Both the position numbers and the translations under genes were made by a program. A stretch of DNA of 24,893 bases from an uncultured bacterium (GTDB lineage Bacteria; Omnitrophota; Gorgyraeia; Zapsychrales; JANLHA01). This document shows, one piece after another, positions 1 through 8,536 of the stretch; positions within the stretch are counted from its first letter, which is position 1, and every line of letters starts with the position of its first letter. A model generated the notes under the pieces. It was not told where the DNA came from and made no database searches. It saw only the letters and a program-made list of their open reading frames with translations. The stretch is from contig CBDUYP010000001.1 in assembly GCA_965371485.1 (NCBI GenBank), forward strand, positions 1 through 24,893, read 5' to 3'.

Positions 1-107
1 TGTCTTTGCTTATGCTTTGGATCAGTACATATGACACGTACGACATTTTTACGCCGGACGATTTTACACTTACTGCAAATTCTTCTGACTGATGATTTTA
101 CCCGCAT
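1..107 (-). CDS. rpmJ: 50S ribosomal protein L36 (bL36), Zn-ribbon type; 3' end cut by the window edge
   Basis: Not in the ORF track. My translation from ATG at 107 (TAATG overlap with the infA stop) is [35 protein letters not shown], with the CxxC...CxxxxH motif; it sits in the usual position after infA. Confidence 0.95.
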   Translation of the reverse strand, partial: MRVKSSVRRICSKCKIVRRKNVVRVICTDPKHKQR

Positions 108-325
108 TATTTATTCCTATATGTTATGCGACCGCGTGACAGATCATAGGGGGAAAGTTCCAATTTCACCTTATCTCCCGGTAAAATACGGATAAAATGC
201 ATTCGAATCTTGCCGGATACATGCGCTAATACCTCATGCCCGTTTTCCAATGTCACTTTAAACCTTGCATTCGGCAATGCCTCACTGATGACACCTTCCA
301 CTTCTATAAGCTCTTCTTTTGCCAT
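107..325 (-). CDS. infA: Translation initiation factor IF-1
   Basis: [11 protein letters not shown]...[13 protein letters not shown]...HVSGKIR...[20 protein letters not shown]; 72 aa, canonical. Confidence 0.99.
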   Translation of the reverse strand: MAKEELIEVEGVISEALPNARFKVTLENGHEVLAHVSGKIRMHFIRILPGDKVKLELSPYDLSRGRITYRNK

Positions 326-330
326 ATGCT

Positions 331-1086
331 TTAAGTCAAAATTTCCGGCCCGGCCTGGGTAATCGCCAGGGTGTGCTCAAAATGGGCTGACGGTTTTCCG
401 TCAAGAGTTTCCACGGTCCACCCGTTTTCTGTAATCCGTGTCTGCCATGTTCCCATATTCACCATCGGCTCTACAGCCAAAACCATGCCTTCTCTTAGAA
501 TCGGCCCGCGATGAGGGTCACCGAAATTCGGGATTTCCGGTTCCTCGTGTAACGCTTTCCCTATACCATGCCCGACAAAATCCCGAACGATAGAAAAATG
601 ATGCGCCTCAACAAAACTTTGTACCGCAAACGAGATGTCCGAAAGATGATTATTCTCTTTCGCCTGGGCAATTCCCTTGTGCAGCGACTCTTTGGTGACA
701 TCCATTAAGCTCTGTACCTGCTGGGAAATCTCGCCCAATCCTATGGTGAAAGCGGTATCAGAATAATAATTATTATGAATGATACCTACATCAATGCTTA
801 CGATGTCACCGTCACGAACCACCCTGTTACCCGGAACCCCATGAACAACCTCCTGATTAACAGAGATACACGAACAGGCCGGGAATCCACGATACCCCTT
901 AAACGCCGGTTGTACATTGTGGGCAGCGATCAACTTCTCAACGAGAGCATCCATCTGCGCTGTCGTCATATCGGATTTTAAAGAACACGCTAACTCTTTT
1001 GTAATTGAAGATAAGATTTTCCCTGCTTGACGAAGTATTTCAAGCTCTTCACGGGATTTTATCTGAATTTGCCTTTTTACCTTCAT
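331..1086 (-). CDS. map: Methionine aminopeptidase, type I
   Basis: Metal-ligand motifs SID, SDT, GHGIG...HEEP, VEPM, HFEHT. Start overlaps the adk 3' end by 38 nt. Confidence 0.97.
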   Translation of the reverse strand: MKVKRQIQIKSREELEILRQAGKILSSITKELACSLKSDMTTAQMDALVEKLIAAHNVQPAFKGYRGFPACSCISVNQEVVHGVPGNRVVRDGDIVSIDVGIIHNNYYSDTAFTIGLGEISQQVQSLMDVTKESLHKGIAQAKENNHLSDISFAVQSFVEAHHFSIVRDFVGHGIGKALHEEPEIPNFGDPHRGPILREGMVLAVEPMVNMGTWQTRITENGWTVETLDGKPSAHFEHTLAITQAGPEILT

Positions 1087-1726
1087 TTAATATGCTAACC
1101 AACCCATCCAACAATTCTTGTGAATTTCCGGAACCATCGACTTTTTGTAATTTTCCCTGGTCCTGATAATAGCCTATAACCGGAGCCGTATTCTCCGAAT
1201 AAACATCCATCCTCGTCTTGATGGTCTCTTCGTTATCATCGGGTCTCTGATAAATTTCGCCGCCACAGGCATCACACTGATCCGGTTTCTTCGGAGGTTT
1301 ATTCGTCATGTGAAAAAGAGCCCCGCATTCGCGGCATACCCGACGGCCGGTCAGCCGCTCGATAATCAACGGCAATTTCACATCCATATAAAGAACAACT
1401 TCCATCGGCATATTGATTTTGCCTAAAATCCTGTCCAACTCTTCGGCCTGCGGTTTTGTTCTAGGAAAACCGTCCAACAAATAACCCTTATCAATATCTT
1501 TATCCATCGTCAACTTGTTTTCAATGATCGCAATAACCACATTATCCGGGACAAGCCCACCGCTCTCCACATACGTTTTGACCTTTACCCCAAGCGGTGA
1601 GCCGCTTTTCATCTCATCACGCAGGATATCCCCGGTGGCAATATGGCACACCCCAAACCGCTCTTTAATCAAATTCGCGAGAGTGCCTTTTCCCGCTCCC
1701 GGAGGGCCCAGCAGAACAACTCTCAT
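1049..1726 (-). CDS. adk: Adenylate kinase with Zn-binding LID
   Basis: P-loop GPPGAGKGT, LDGFPRT, LID C-x2-C-x16-C-x2-C (CRECG...CDACG), QRPDD. ATGA overlap with secY. Confidence 0.98.
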   Translation of the reverse strand: MRVVLLGPPGAGKGTLANLIKERFGVCHIATGDILRDEMKSGSPLGVKVKTYVESGGLVPDNVVIAIIENKLTMDKDIDKGYLLDGFPRTKPQAEELDRILGKINMPMEVVLYMDVKLPLIIERLTGRRVCRECGALFHMTNKPPKKPDQCDACGGEIYQRPDDNEETIKTRMDVYSENTAPVIGYYQDQGKLQKVDGSGNSQELLDGLVSILNEGKKANSDKIP

Positions 1727-3066
1727 CGCCTGCCCCTTAACTTCCCTGACTTCATAAATCCTTCATAATGGCGCATCAAAAGATGCGATTCAATCTGTTT
1801 TATGGTATCGAGCATAACCCCGACGATAATGAGAACACCGGTTCCGCCAAAGAACGAAGCCACCAGATAAGGCACCTTAAACGACGCCATGATAGCATCC
1901 GGCATGGTTGCGATAATACAAATAAAGACAGCTCCGGTTAACGTAATCCGCGTTAAAACAAAATCAAGATAATCCGCTGTTTGCGTTCCCGGCCTGACTC
2001 CGGGAATAAATCCGCCATGCTTTTTCATGTTCTCCGCGACATCAACCGGGTTAAAAACAATGGCTGTATAAAAATAACAGAAGAATATAATCAAAAGTCC
2101 ATAGATAAAATAATATAAAAATCCACCGCGGGTAATCAACGCGGCAAAGGACTGAAACCCTTGCGCCGGGATAAAACTTGCGAGCGTTGCCGGGAACAAA
2201 ATAATAGATTGCGCAAAAATGATCGCAATGACGCCCGAGGTATCAACCTTTAACGGGATGTACGTGCTTTGGCCGCCATAAACCTTCCTGCCGACAACAC
2301 GGCGCGCATATTGTACCGGAATCTTTCTCTGTGCCTGCGTAATCAGAGTGATGGCGAGAACAACTCCCACCAAAAAGCCGATCATAATAAGCAACGTCAA
2401 CGGTTGTAATTGTGCCGCACCGACCGTCTTTGCCGACATCAGCATGGACAACGTTCGAATCGCCTGCGGCGCCGCTGAAATAATCCCCGCGGTAATGATC
2501 AATGATATCCCGTTACCGATGCCCCGTTCCTGGATCTGTTCACCAAGCCACATCAGGACTAACGTTCCGCATGCCAAGGTCGCGACCGTGACAAATCGAA
2601 ATCCCCATCCTGTGGAACTGACAACAGCCACACCGTCGAACGCCTGCTTTTCCAACCAAAGCGCAATAAAAAACGATTGAACTAAGGCTAATCCAAGCGT
2701 GCCATAACGCGTGTACTGATTGATCTTGTGATATCCGGCCTGACCTTCTTTGGCCAATTTTTCCAAAGCCGGGATAACAGCCGTTAAAAGCTGCATAATA
2801 ATCGAGCTTGAAATATACGGCATAATCCCGAGGCCAAAGACCGTCATCTTTTCGATCGCCCCTCCGGAGAACATATTCATCATGCCAAAGATCGTTCCGG
2901 CACCGGCAGAATTCAATTTCTGGAAATAGGCCGTTAAAACAGCCCCATTCACTCCCGGTGTCGGGATATAACAACCCACGCGATAAAGAGCGATAATTCC
3001 CAGCGTGACAAGGATCTTTCTCTTGAGATCCGGGATCTTAAAGCAATTGGCGAAGGCAGATAACAT
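1723..3066 (-). CDS. secY: Preprotein translocase subunit SecY
   Basis: Multi-TM protein with LGIMPYISSSIIMQLL, WLGEQIQERGIGNGISLII, PLKV..SGVIAIIFA, GGFIPGVRPG, GGTGVLIIVGV. Confidence 0.99.
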   Translation of the reverse strand: MLSAFANCFKIPDLKRKILVTLGIIALYRVGCYIPTPGVNGAVLTAYFQKLNSAGAGTIFGMMNMFSGGAIEKMTVFGLGIMPYISSSIIMQLLTAVIPALEKLAKEGQAGYHKINQYTRYGTLGLALVQSFFIALWLEKQAFDGVAVVSSTGWGFRFVTVATLACGTLVLMWLGEQIQERGIGNGISLIITAGIISAAPQAIRTLSMLMSAKTVGAAQLQPLTLLIMIGFLVGVVLAITLITQAQRKIPVQYARRVVGRKVYGGQSTYIPLKVDTSGVIAIIFAQSIILFPATLASFIPAQGFQSFAALITRGGFLYYFIYGLLIIFFCYFYTAIVFNPVDVAENMKKHGGFIPGVRPGTQTADYLDFVLTRITLTGAVFICIIATMPDAIMASFKVPYLVASFFGGTGVLIIVGVMLDTIKQIESHLLMRHYEGFMKSGKLRGRR

Positions 3067-3069
3067 GGA

Positions 3070-3540
3070 TTATTTTTTCTTGTCCTTCAATGTGCTCTTA
3101 TCAATGGTCTCGACCTTACCGCCTGCCTTAACGATTTTATCGGCGGCACTTTTAGAAAAACTGTAGGCGAAAACGGTAAGCGCTTTTTTAATATCGCCGT
3201 CACCTAAAACCTTAAACGGCTTATAAATATTCTTAATAAGACCTTTGCTCTTCAAAGTTTCAGCATCCACGAGGTCTCCGGCTTTAAAACGGGACAATTG
3301 TTCCAATTTAATCAAATGATAAACGATCGGGCGTTTGCTGCGGAATCCGACTTTCGGTATCCGTCGAACCAAGGGCATCTGTCCCCCCTCTGACGCGCGT
3401 AAAATACCGCGCCCCTCACGGGACCTTTGACCGTTCTGCCCACGGCAAGACGTTTTACCGCGTCCGCTTCCCTTCCCGCGACCCAAAATCCTTTTCCGTT
3501 TTCGCGCTCCTTTGGGAGCTTCTAATTGATGGACTTGCAT
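3070..3540 (-). CDS. rplO: 50S ribosomal protein L15 (uL15)
   Basis: GRGKGSGRGKT, EGGQMPLVRRIPKVGF, KVLGDG, FSKSA..KI..AGG. Confidence 0.98.
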   Translation of the reverse strand: MQVHQLEAPKGARKRKRILGRGKGSGRGKTSCRGQNGQRSREGRGILRASEGGQMPLVRRIPKVGFRSKRPIVYHLIKLEQLSRFKAGDLVDAETLKSKGLIKNIYKPFKVLGDGDIKKALTVFAYSFSKSAADKIVKAGGKVETIDKSTLKDKKK

Positions 3541-4190
3541 TCTTCTTTTTCTTCCGTGTCGGGCGTGATCTCTTTTACTTTTTTAAAACGGCTAAATCCG
3601 TTAAACGTTGCCTTAACAACATTAATAGGATTATTCGACCTGTGACATTTCGTTAAAATATTATGAATACCCGCGCCTTCGCAAACAGCCCGGACCGGAC
3701 CCGAAGCAATAACGCCTGTACCGTCTGAGGCTGGTTTAAGCAGTACCGTAGCCCCTCCGCAGACACCAATAATTTCATGAGGGATTGTCGAACCTTTAAG
3801 AGAAACGGGTACCATGTTCTTTTTCGCAGCTGCCAATGACTTCTTAATGGCGATCGCCACTTCCCTAGCTTTGGACAAACTATACCCAACCTTCCCCTTT
3901 GTGTCTCCGACAACAACGAGTGCACTGAAGGACAATTTTTTGCCCCCCTTGGTAACCTTTGTGATACGTTTGATCAAAAGAACTTTCTCAAAAAGCCCGG
4001 AAGATTCCGCATCTTTTCTGCGAGGAGAAAATTTCTTTCTGTCGCCGGAACGTCCCTGCGCCGTCTTTGCAGGTATGTCTTTCTTCTCAACCTCTGTTTT
4101 ATTAAGGTCTTTTGTCTCGGGGCCTTTGCCTTCAGGCGTCGCGTCTACCTTAACATCATCTTTTTTTGTTTCAGTATTTTCCGTGTTCAT
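3522..4190 (-). CDS. rpsE: 30S ribosomal protein S5 (uS5) with long N-terminal extension
   Basis: [44 protein letters not shown]. Start moved from TTG 4193 to ATG 4190 because AGGAG (4201-4197) lies 6 nt upstream of it. Confidence 0.96.
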   Translation of the reverse strand: MNTENTETKKDDVKVDATPEGKGPETKDLNKTEVEKKDIPAKTAQGRSGDRKKFSPRRKDAESSGLFEKVLLIKRITKVTKGGKKLSFSALVVVGDTKGKVGYSLSKAREVAIAIKKSLAAAKKNMVPVSLKGSTIPHEIIGVCGGATVLLKPASDGTGVIASGPVRAVCEGAGIHNILTKCHRSNNPINVVKATFNGFSRFKKVKEITPDTEEKEECKSIN

Positions 4191-4196
4191 CAATAA

Positions 4197-4201
4197 CTCC
4201 T
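4197..4201 (-). promoter_or_regulatory. Shine-Dalgarno site for rpsE (AGGAG, overlapping the rplR TAG stop)
   Basis: TAGGAG-TTATTG-ATG on the minus strand. Confidence 0.7.
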
Positions 4202-4568
4202 AAAATCCCAAACCGCCTTTTCTGGCGGCTTCGGCAAAAGCCTTAACCCGTCCATGATAAAGATATCCCCCACGGTCAAAACAAACCTGAGCGATCCCTT
4301 TACTTTTAATCTCTGTTGCCAAAGTCTCGCCCAATAGCGCAGCGGATTCAACATTGCCGCCGTTCTTGATCTTGCCGCGTAAGGCCTTGTTCAGCGTTGA
4401 CATCCCGAATAAAATTTTTCCGCTGGTATCATCAACAATTTGCGCATAAAAATTCTTTGCGCTTCGATGCACACATAACCTCGGCCTGTCTGTTACGCCG
4501 ACAACTGTTTTGCGTACCCGCTGATGCCGGGCAACTCTTCGCTTTTCTTTTAATTTTGTCTTTCTCAT
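4200..4568 (-). CDS. rplR: 50S ribosomal protein L18 (uL18)
   Basis: [41 protein letters not shown]. Confidence 0.99.
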   Translation of the reverse strand: MRKTKLKEKRRVARHQRVRKTVVGVTDRPRLCVHRSAKNFYAQIVDDTSGKILFGMSTLNKALRGKIKNGGNVESAALLGETLATEIKSKGIAQVCFDRGGYLYHGRVKAFAEAARKGGLGF

Positions 4569-4573
4569 GATAA

Positions 4574-5110
4574 TTATTTAACGGATTTCCCTTGTTTCCT
4601 GCGAACAGCTTCACCCAAATAACGGATCCCCTTTCCCTTGTAGGGTTCAGGACGTTTTATATCTCTAATCTGGGCCGCCACCTGTCCGACAGAAATTTTA
4701 TCCGGTCCCTCAATAGTAATCGCCGTCGCTTTTACAACAGAAACTTTGACCTGTGCCGGAACCTCATACTCCACAGGATGACTGAACCCAAGATTTAACG
4801 TTAATTTATTTCCCTGTATCTGGGCGCGAAAGCCGACCCCCTGAATTTCGAGTTCCTTCTTATGCCCTTTTGTCACGCCATCAATCATATTATTCAAAAG
4901 AGCCCGGACCGTCCCGTGGTTGGCACAGTTTTGCTTGGCATTGGAAGTGCGGTTGACAAAAAGCTGCTCCTCTTTCTGCTCAACGTTGATCCCGCCGGGA
5001 ATATCCAAAGACAATTTGCCGTTATTACCCTCAAGGCGAATACTCTTGCCCTCAATGATGGCCTTCACCCCTTTTGGAATACTGACCGGAATTTTACCCA
5101 TTCGTGACAT
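4574..5110 (-). CDS. rplF: 50S ribosomal protein L6 (uL6)
   Basis: [34 protein letters not shown]. Confidence 0.99.
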   Translation of the reverse strand: MSRMGKIPVSIPKGVKAIIEGKSIRLEGNNGKLSLDIPGGINVEQKEEQLFVNRTSNAKQNCANHGTVRALLNNMIDGVTKGHKKELEIQGVGFRAQIQGNKLTLNLGFSHPVEYEVPAQVKVSVVKATAITIEGPDKISVGQVAAQIRDIKRPEPYKGKGIRYLGEAVRRKQGKSVK

Positions 5111-5122
5111 ATTCTTTTACCT

Positions 5123-5518
5123 CTACCAAATATAACAAATAACCTCACCGCCGACTTTCAATTTGCGAGCCTCTCGATCACCAACAACTCCTTTGGAACT
5201 TGAAATAACAGCCGTCCCCAACCCATTTAAAACACGGGGAATCCTGTTGCTCGGCGCATACACTTTTAAACCGGGTTTTGATATACGCTTTAGTCCTATA
5301 ATAGCCGGTATCTTATCCTCATACTTTAAATAGACTTTATAAGTTCCCTGCACATTATTCTTCAATAACCGAAAATCTTCGATATATTCAGTGTCTTTAA
5401 AAATGCCCAATATCTTACCTGTCAATTTCGAGGCCGGAATATCAACAGTCTCCTTGCGGACTTGTATCGCATTCCTGATCTGGGTTAACATATTTGCAAT
5501 GGGGTCAGTGAGTGACAT
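5123..5518 (-). CDS. rpsH: 30S ribosomal protein S8 (uS8)
   Basis: DPIANMLTQIRNA, RISKPGL.VY, VLNGLG, SSKG, GGEVICYIW. Confidence 0.99.
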   Translation of the reverse strand: MSLTDPIANMLTQIRNAIQVRKETVDIPASKLTGKILGIFKDTEYIEDFRLLKNNVQGTYKVYLKYEDKIPAIIGLKRISKPGLKVYAPSNRIPRVLNGLGTAVISSSKGVVGDREARKLKVGGEVICYIW

Positions 5519-5539
5519 TTTAGAATTCCTTCTGTAGCG

Positions 5540-5725
5540 TTACCAACTTGCCTTCTTAATTCCCGGGATTTCCCCTCTCCAGGCCAATTCCCGGAAACAG
5601 ATACGGCATGTTTTAAATCGACGCAAATATCCTTTCGGACGACCGCAAAGGCCACACCGATTATGCTGCCGTGTTGAAAATTTAGGTTTCTTAAGTGCTT
5701 TATTTATTAACGACTTCTTGGCCAT
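5540..5725 (-). CDS. rpsN: 30S ribosomal protein S14, short Zn-binding (type Z)
   Basis: 61 aa; RCGLCGR...[20 protein letters not shown] (two CxxC). Confidence 0.99.
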   Translation of the reverse strand: MAKKSLINKALKKPKFSTRQHNRCGLCGRPKGYLRRFKTCRICFRELAWRGEIPGIKKASW

Positions 5726-5736
5726 GAATTCCCTTT

Positions 5737-6282
5737 TTAAGATTTCTGAAACGGCATACCCCAGAGACGCAAGATTTCAAAAGTTTGCGCCCTCGGTCCT
5801 CGATTAAACACAAAAGAAATGTCCATCCCCTGCGTACGCGCTATACGGGTCGAATCAATCTCGGGAAAGATCACTTGATCCGTAATGCCTAACGTATAAT
5901 TCCCCTGCCGGTCAAATGACTTTTGCGAGACACCGTTAAAATCACGAATACGAGGCAAACAGACATTGAGGAATCTATCCAGGAATTCATACATCCTGGC
6001 TCTTCGCAGGGTTACCTTACATCCCACAGGAACACCTTCTCTTAATTTAAAATTTGATATCGCGATCCTGGATTTTCTTATGACCGGTTTTTGCCCCGTT
6101 ATCATCTCCAAATCCTTCACAGCCATATCCATAATTTTTATATCACTAATAGCTTCTCCCACCCCCATATTAACAACGATCTTCTCCAACCGGGGCAGGG
6201 CCAGAGCATTCTTAACCCCGAACTTGTTTTTCATTTCCGGGATAATCTCTTCTGTATATTTCTTCAATAACCGCAGTTCCAT
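5737..6282 (-). CDS. rplE: 50S ribosomal protein L5 (uL5)
   Basis: [40 protein letters not shown]. Confidence 0.99.
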   Translation of the reverse strand: MELRLLKKYTEEIIPEMKNKFGVKNALALPRLEKIVVNMGVGEAISDIKIMDMAVKDLEMITGQKPVIRKSRIAISNFKLREGVPVGCKVTLRRARMYEFLDRFLNVCLPRIRDFNGVSQKSFDRQGNYTLGITDQVIFPEIDSTRIARTQGMDISFVFNRGPRAQTFEILRLWGMPFQKS

Positions 6283-6593
6283 TAAACAGCCTCACCACTC
6301 TTCTTGCTGATACGCTCCTTGCTGCCGTCCTTAAGAACGGCAATTCTGAAACGTGTCGGTTTATGAGTCTTTTTATCAATCAACATAACATTGGATATAT
6401 GAACAGGCGCTTCGATCTCCAAAAAACCGCCTTCTTGATTCTGTTGCGTCTTCCGCTGAGCTTTCTTCACGACATTTATCTTTTCAACAAGAACACGCTC
6501 GTTTCCGGGAAGAATCCGCATAATCTTGCCGACTTTCCCCTTATCTTTCCCCGCAATAACCATAACCCTGTCATCTCTTCTAATCCGCAACAT
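6282..6593 (-). CDS. rplX: 50S ribosomal protein L24 (uL24)
   Basis: KOW motif VIAGKDKGKVG, EAPVHISNV. Start moved from TTG 6602 to ATG 6593 (GGAGG at 6607-6603, 9 nt upstream; 1-nt gap after the rplN stop). Confidence 0.96.
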   Translation of the reverse strand: MLRIRRDDRVMVIAGKDKGKVGKIMRILPGNERVLVEKINVVKKAQRKTQQNQEGGFLEIEAPVHISNVMLIDKKTHKPTRFRIAVLKDGSKERISKKSGEAV

Positions 6594-6594
6594 T

Positions 6595-6963
6595 TTAAAC
6601 AACCTCCGGGGCCAGTGAAATAATTTTCATGAATTCAAGATTACGCAATTCCCTCGCAACAGGACCAAAAACACGCGTCCCGATGGGATTCCCTGTATCA
6701 TCAATCATCACAAGGGCATTTGTATCAAAACGGACACACGTCCCGTCAGCGCGTTTAATCGGGAATTTCGTGCGCACAATCACGCCCTTAGCCTTCTCGC
6801 CCTTCTTAATCGCTGCCTCCGGAGCGGATTCCTTGATATTAACACGGACAACATCGCCGATTTTCGCCCAGCGACGGCCTTTGCGATTGAGAACCCCGAT
6901 AATTGAGGCCTTGCGGGCTCCTGAATTATCGGCAACGATTAAAATGGATTTCATATATAACAT
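6595..6963 (-). CDS. rplN: 50S ribosomal protein L14 (uL14)
   Basis: VADNSGA, RFDTNA, GTRVFGPVARELR, KIISLAPEV. Confidence 0.99.
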   Translation of the reverse strand: MLYMKSILIVADNSGARKASIIGVLNRKGRRWAKIGDVVRVNIKESAPEAAIKKGEKAKGVIVRTKFPIKRADGTCVRFDTNALVMIDDTGNPIGTRVFGPVARELRNLEFMKIISLAPEVV

Positions 6964-6981
6964 GATTAATCATTCAGCTAT

Positions 6982-7239
6982 TCAGCTTGATTTAACAATC
7001 TCTAAAATCACCCAACGCTTCTGCTTTGATAACGGGCGGGTCTCCATAATTTTCACAGTATCCCCCGTTTTTGAAGCGTTCTTCTCATCATGGGCTTTAT
7101 ATTTTACGGCCTTTCGGACTGTCTTGTGATAGTCGGGATGTTTTGCGGTCCATCGTATCTGAACAACACGCGTTTTATCCATCTTGTCACTGACAACTTT
7201 ACCGGAAACAGATTTTCTTCTATTAGTTCTTTGGCTCAT
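6982..7239 (-). CDS. rpsQ: 30S ribosomal protein S17 (uS17)
   Basis: [37 protein letters not shown]. Start is either ATG 7239 (weak GAG 7 nt upstream) or ATG 7251. Confidence 0.96.
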   Translation of the reverse strand: MSQRTNRRKSVSGKVVSDKMDKTRVVQIRWTAKHPDYHKTVRKAVKYKAHDEKNASKTGDTVKIMETRPLSKQKRWVILEIVKSS

Positions 7240-7423
7240 TTTCTTTCTCATTTAATACGGTCAGAATTCTTGCAATATCCCGTTTAATCAATCTAAACCG
7301 CGAGGGTTTCTCGACGCGTCCGATTTTACGTTGATATTTCAGTTCAAATAATTCCTTTTTTAAGGCCTTCTCCTTCTGCCCTAACTCTTCTGAACCTAAT
7401 GACCGGAATTCGTTGGCTTTCAT
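7223..7423 (-). CDS. rpmC: 50S ribosomal protein L29 (uL29), 66 aa
   Basis: MKANEFRSL...ELFELK.Q...KRDIARILT. The real start is ATG 7423; the 49 extra codons in the ORF track lie almost entirely inside rplP. Confidence 0.95.
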   Translation of the reverse strand: MKANEFRSLGSEELGQKEKALKKELFELKYQRKIGRVEKPSRFRLIKRDIARILTVLNEKENEPKN

Positions 7424-7427
7424 TGTA

Positions 7428-7841
7428 TTAATGCATCCTTGATACAAATTTCGTTTTAACCGGAAGTTTAAATGAAACAAGACGAAATATCCTCTTAGCA
7501 AAATCTTCCGGAATTCCCCCCAACTCAAAGAGGACCTTCCCTCTTTTAACAGGACTGCACCAATGGTCAAGATCCCCTTTTCCCTTGCCCATACGTGTCT
7601 CAGCCGGTTTCTTTGTTACCGGTTTGCAAGGAAACACTTTAATCCACAGTTTACCCGCACCTTGTAATTTTCTGGCAACAACAACCCTGCAGGCCTCCAT
7701 ATGATTGGCTCGAAGCATACCGTTTTCAAGGGCCTTTAACCCATATTCCCCGAAAATCAGTCTTTCCCCGCGGGTAGCAATCCCACGGTTTTTTCCTTTT
7801 TGGGCCTTCCGGTATTTTACCCTTCTGGGCATTGATAACAT
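7428..7841 (-). CDS. rplP: 50S ribosomal protein L16 (uL16)
   Basis: FGEYGLKALE, KPAETRMGKGKG, LFELGG, KLPVKT. AAGGAG 10 nt upstream. Confidence 0.99.
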   Translation of the reverse strand: MLSMPRRVKYRKAQKGKNRGIATRGERLIFGEYGLKALENGMLRANHMEACRVVVARKLQGAGKLWIKVFPCKPVTKKPAETRMGKGKGDLDHWCSPVKRGKVLFELGGIPEDFAKRIFRLVSFKLPVKTKFVSRMH

Positions 7842-7856
7842 CTTGACAACTCTCCT

Positions 7857-8522
7857 TTAACGGCTTTCCCTTACGGCATTTGCCTTGTTCTTTTCTCTGA
7901 TAATCTCACCTTTGTAAATCCAAACCTTGACACCGATAACACCATAAGTGGTGTGAGCCTCGGCAAACCCGTAATCAACATCCGCTCTTAACGTCTGTAA
8001 CGGAAGCGACCCCTGATAATGTGTTTCCCGTCGGGCCATCTCTTTTCCGCCAAGCCGACCGGCCACACGAATCTTAATCCCCTGAACCCTCGCTTGCATA
8101 GAAAGATCAATAGCCCTCTTCATGGCCCTGCGGAAGGCGACTCTCTTCTCTAATTGAAAGGCCACATTCTGGGCAACCAACTGCGCGTCCGCGGCCGGTG
8201 TTTTAATTTCAATAATATCGATCGTTATTTCTCTACTCGTGATCTTAGAAAGACCCTCTTTGAGACGATCGACATCCGCTCCCCTGCGGCCGATAATCAC
8301 ACCGGGTCTTGCGGAGGCGATCCTGATCCTGATTTTCTCGGCCAGACGCTCAATCACAACATAGGAGATAGCGGCCTGGGTGAATTTCGTTTTAATATAC
8401 TTCCGGATTTTAAAATCCTCTGCTATATTTTGCGCGTATTCTTTCCGGTCGGCGTACCATTTGCTGCGCCAATCTTTATTAATCCCGATTCTTAAAATGT
8501 ATGGATGAACCTTTTGTCCCAC
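7857..8522 (-). CDS. rpsC: 30S ribosomal protein S3 (uS3), GTG start
   Basis: (M)GQKVHP, RPGVIIGRRG, GRLGG.EMAR, PLQTLRADVDYG, TTYGVIGVKVWIYKGE. GTG at 8522 with GAGGTG 5 nt upstream. Confidence 0.97.
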   Translation of the reverse strand: MGQKVHPYILRIGINKDWRSKWYADRKEYAQNIAEDFKIRKYIKTKFTQAAISYVVIERLAEKIRIRIASARPGVIIGRRGADVDRLKEGLSKITSREITIDIIEIKTPAADAQLVAQNVAFQLEKRVAFRRAMKRAIDLSMQARVQGIKIRVAGRLGGKEMARRETHYQGSLPLQTLRADVDYGFAEAHTTYGVIGVKVWIYKGEIIREKNKANAVRESR

Positions 8523-8527
8523 AGTTG

Positions 8528-8533
8528 CACCTC
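8528..8533 (-). promoter_or_regulatory. Shine-Dalgarno site for rpsC (GAGGTG)
   Basis: AAGAGGTG-CAACT-GTG on the minus strand, in the 14-nt rplV-rpsC gap. Confidence 0.75.
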
Positions 8534-8536
8534 TTC

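Noticed and set aside
6594-6602. TTG starts called for rplX (6602) and rpsE (4193)
   Set aside because: Nearby ATGs (6593, 4190) have better SD spacing.
7424-7570. Apparent 49-aa N-terminal extension of L29
   Set aside because: ORF-caller artefact inside rplP; homology starts at ATG 7423, 4 nt after the rplP stop.
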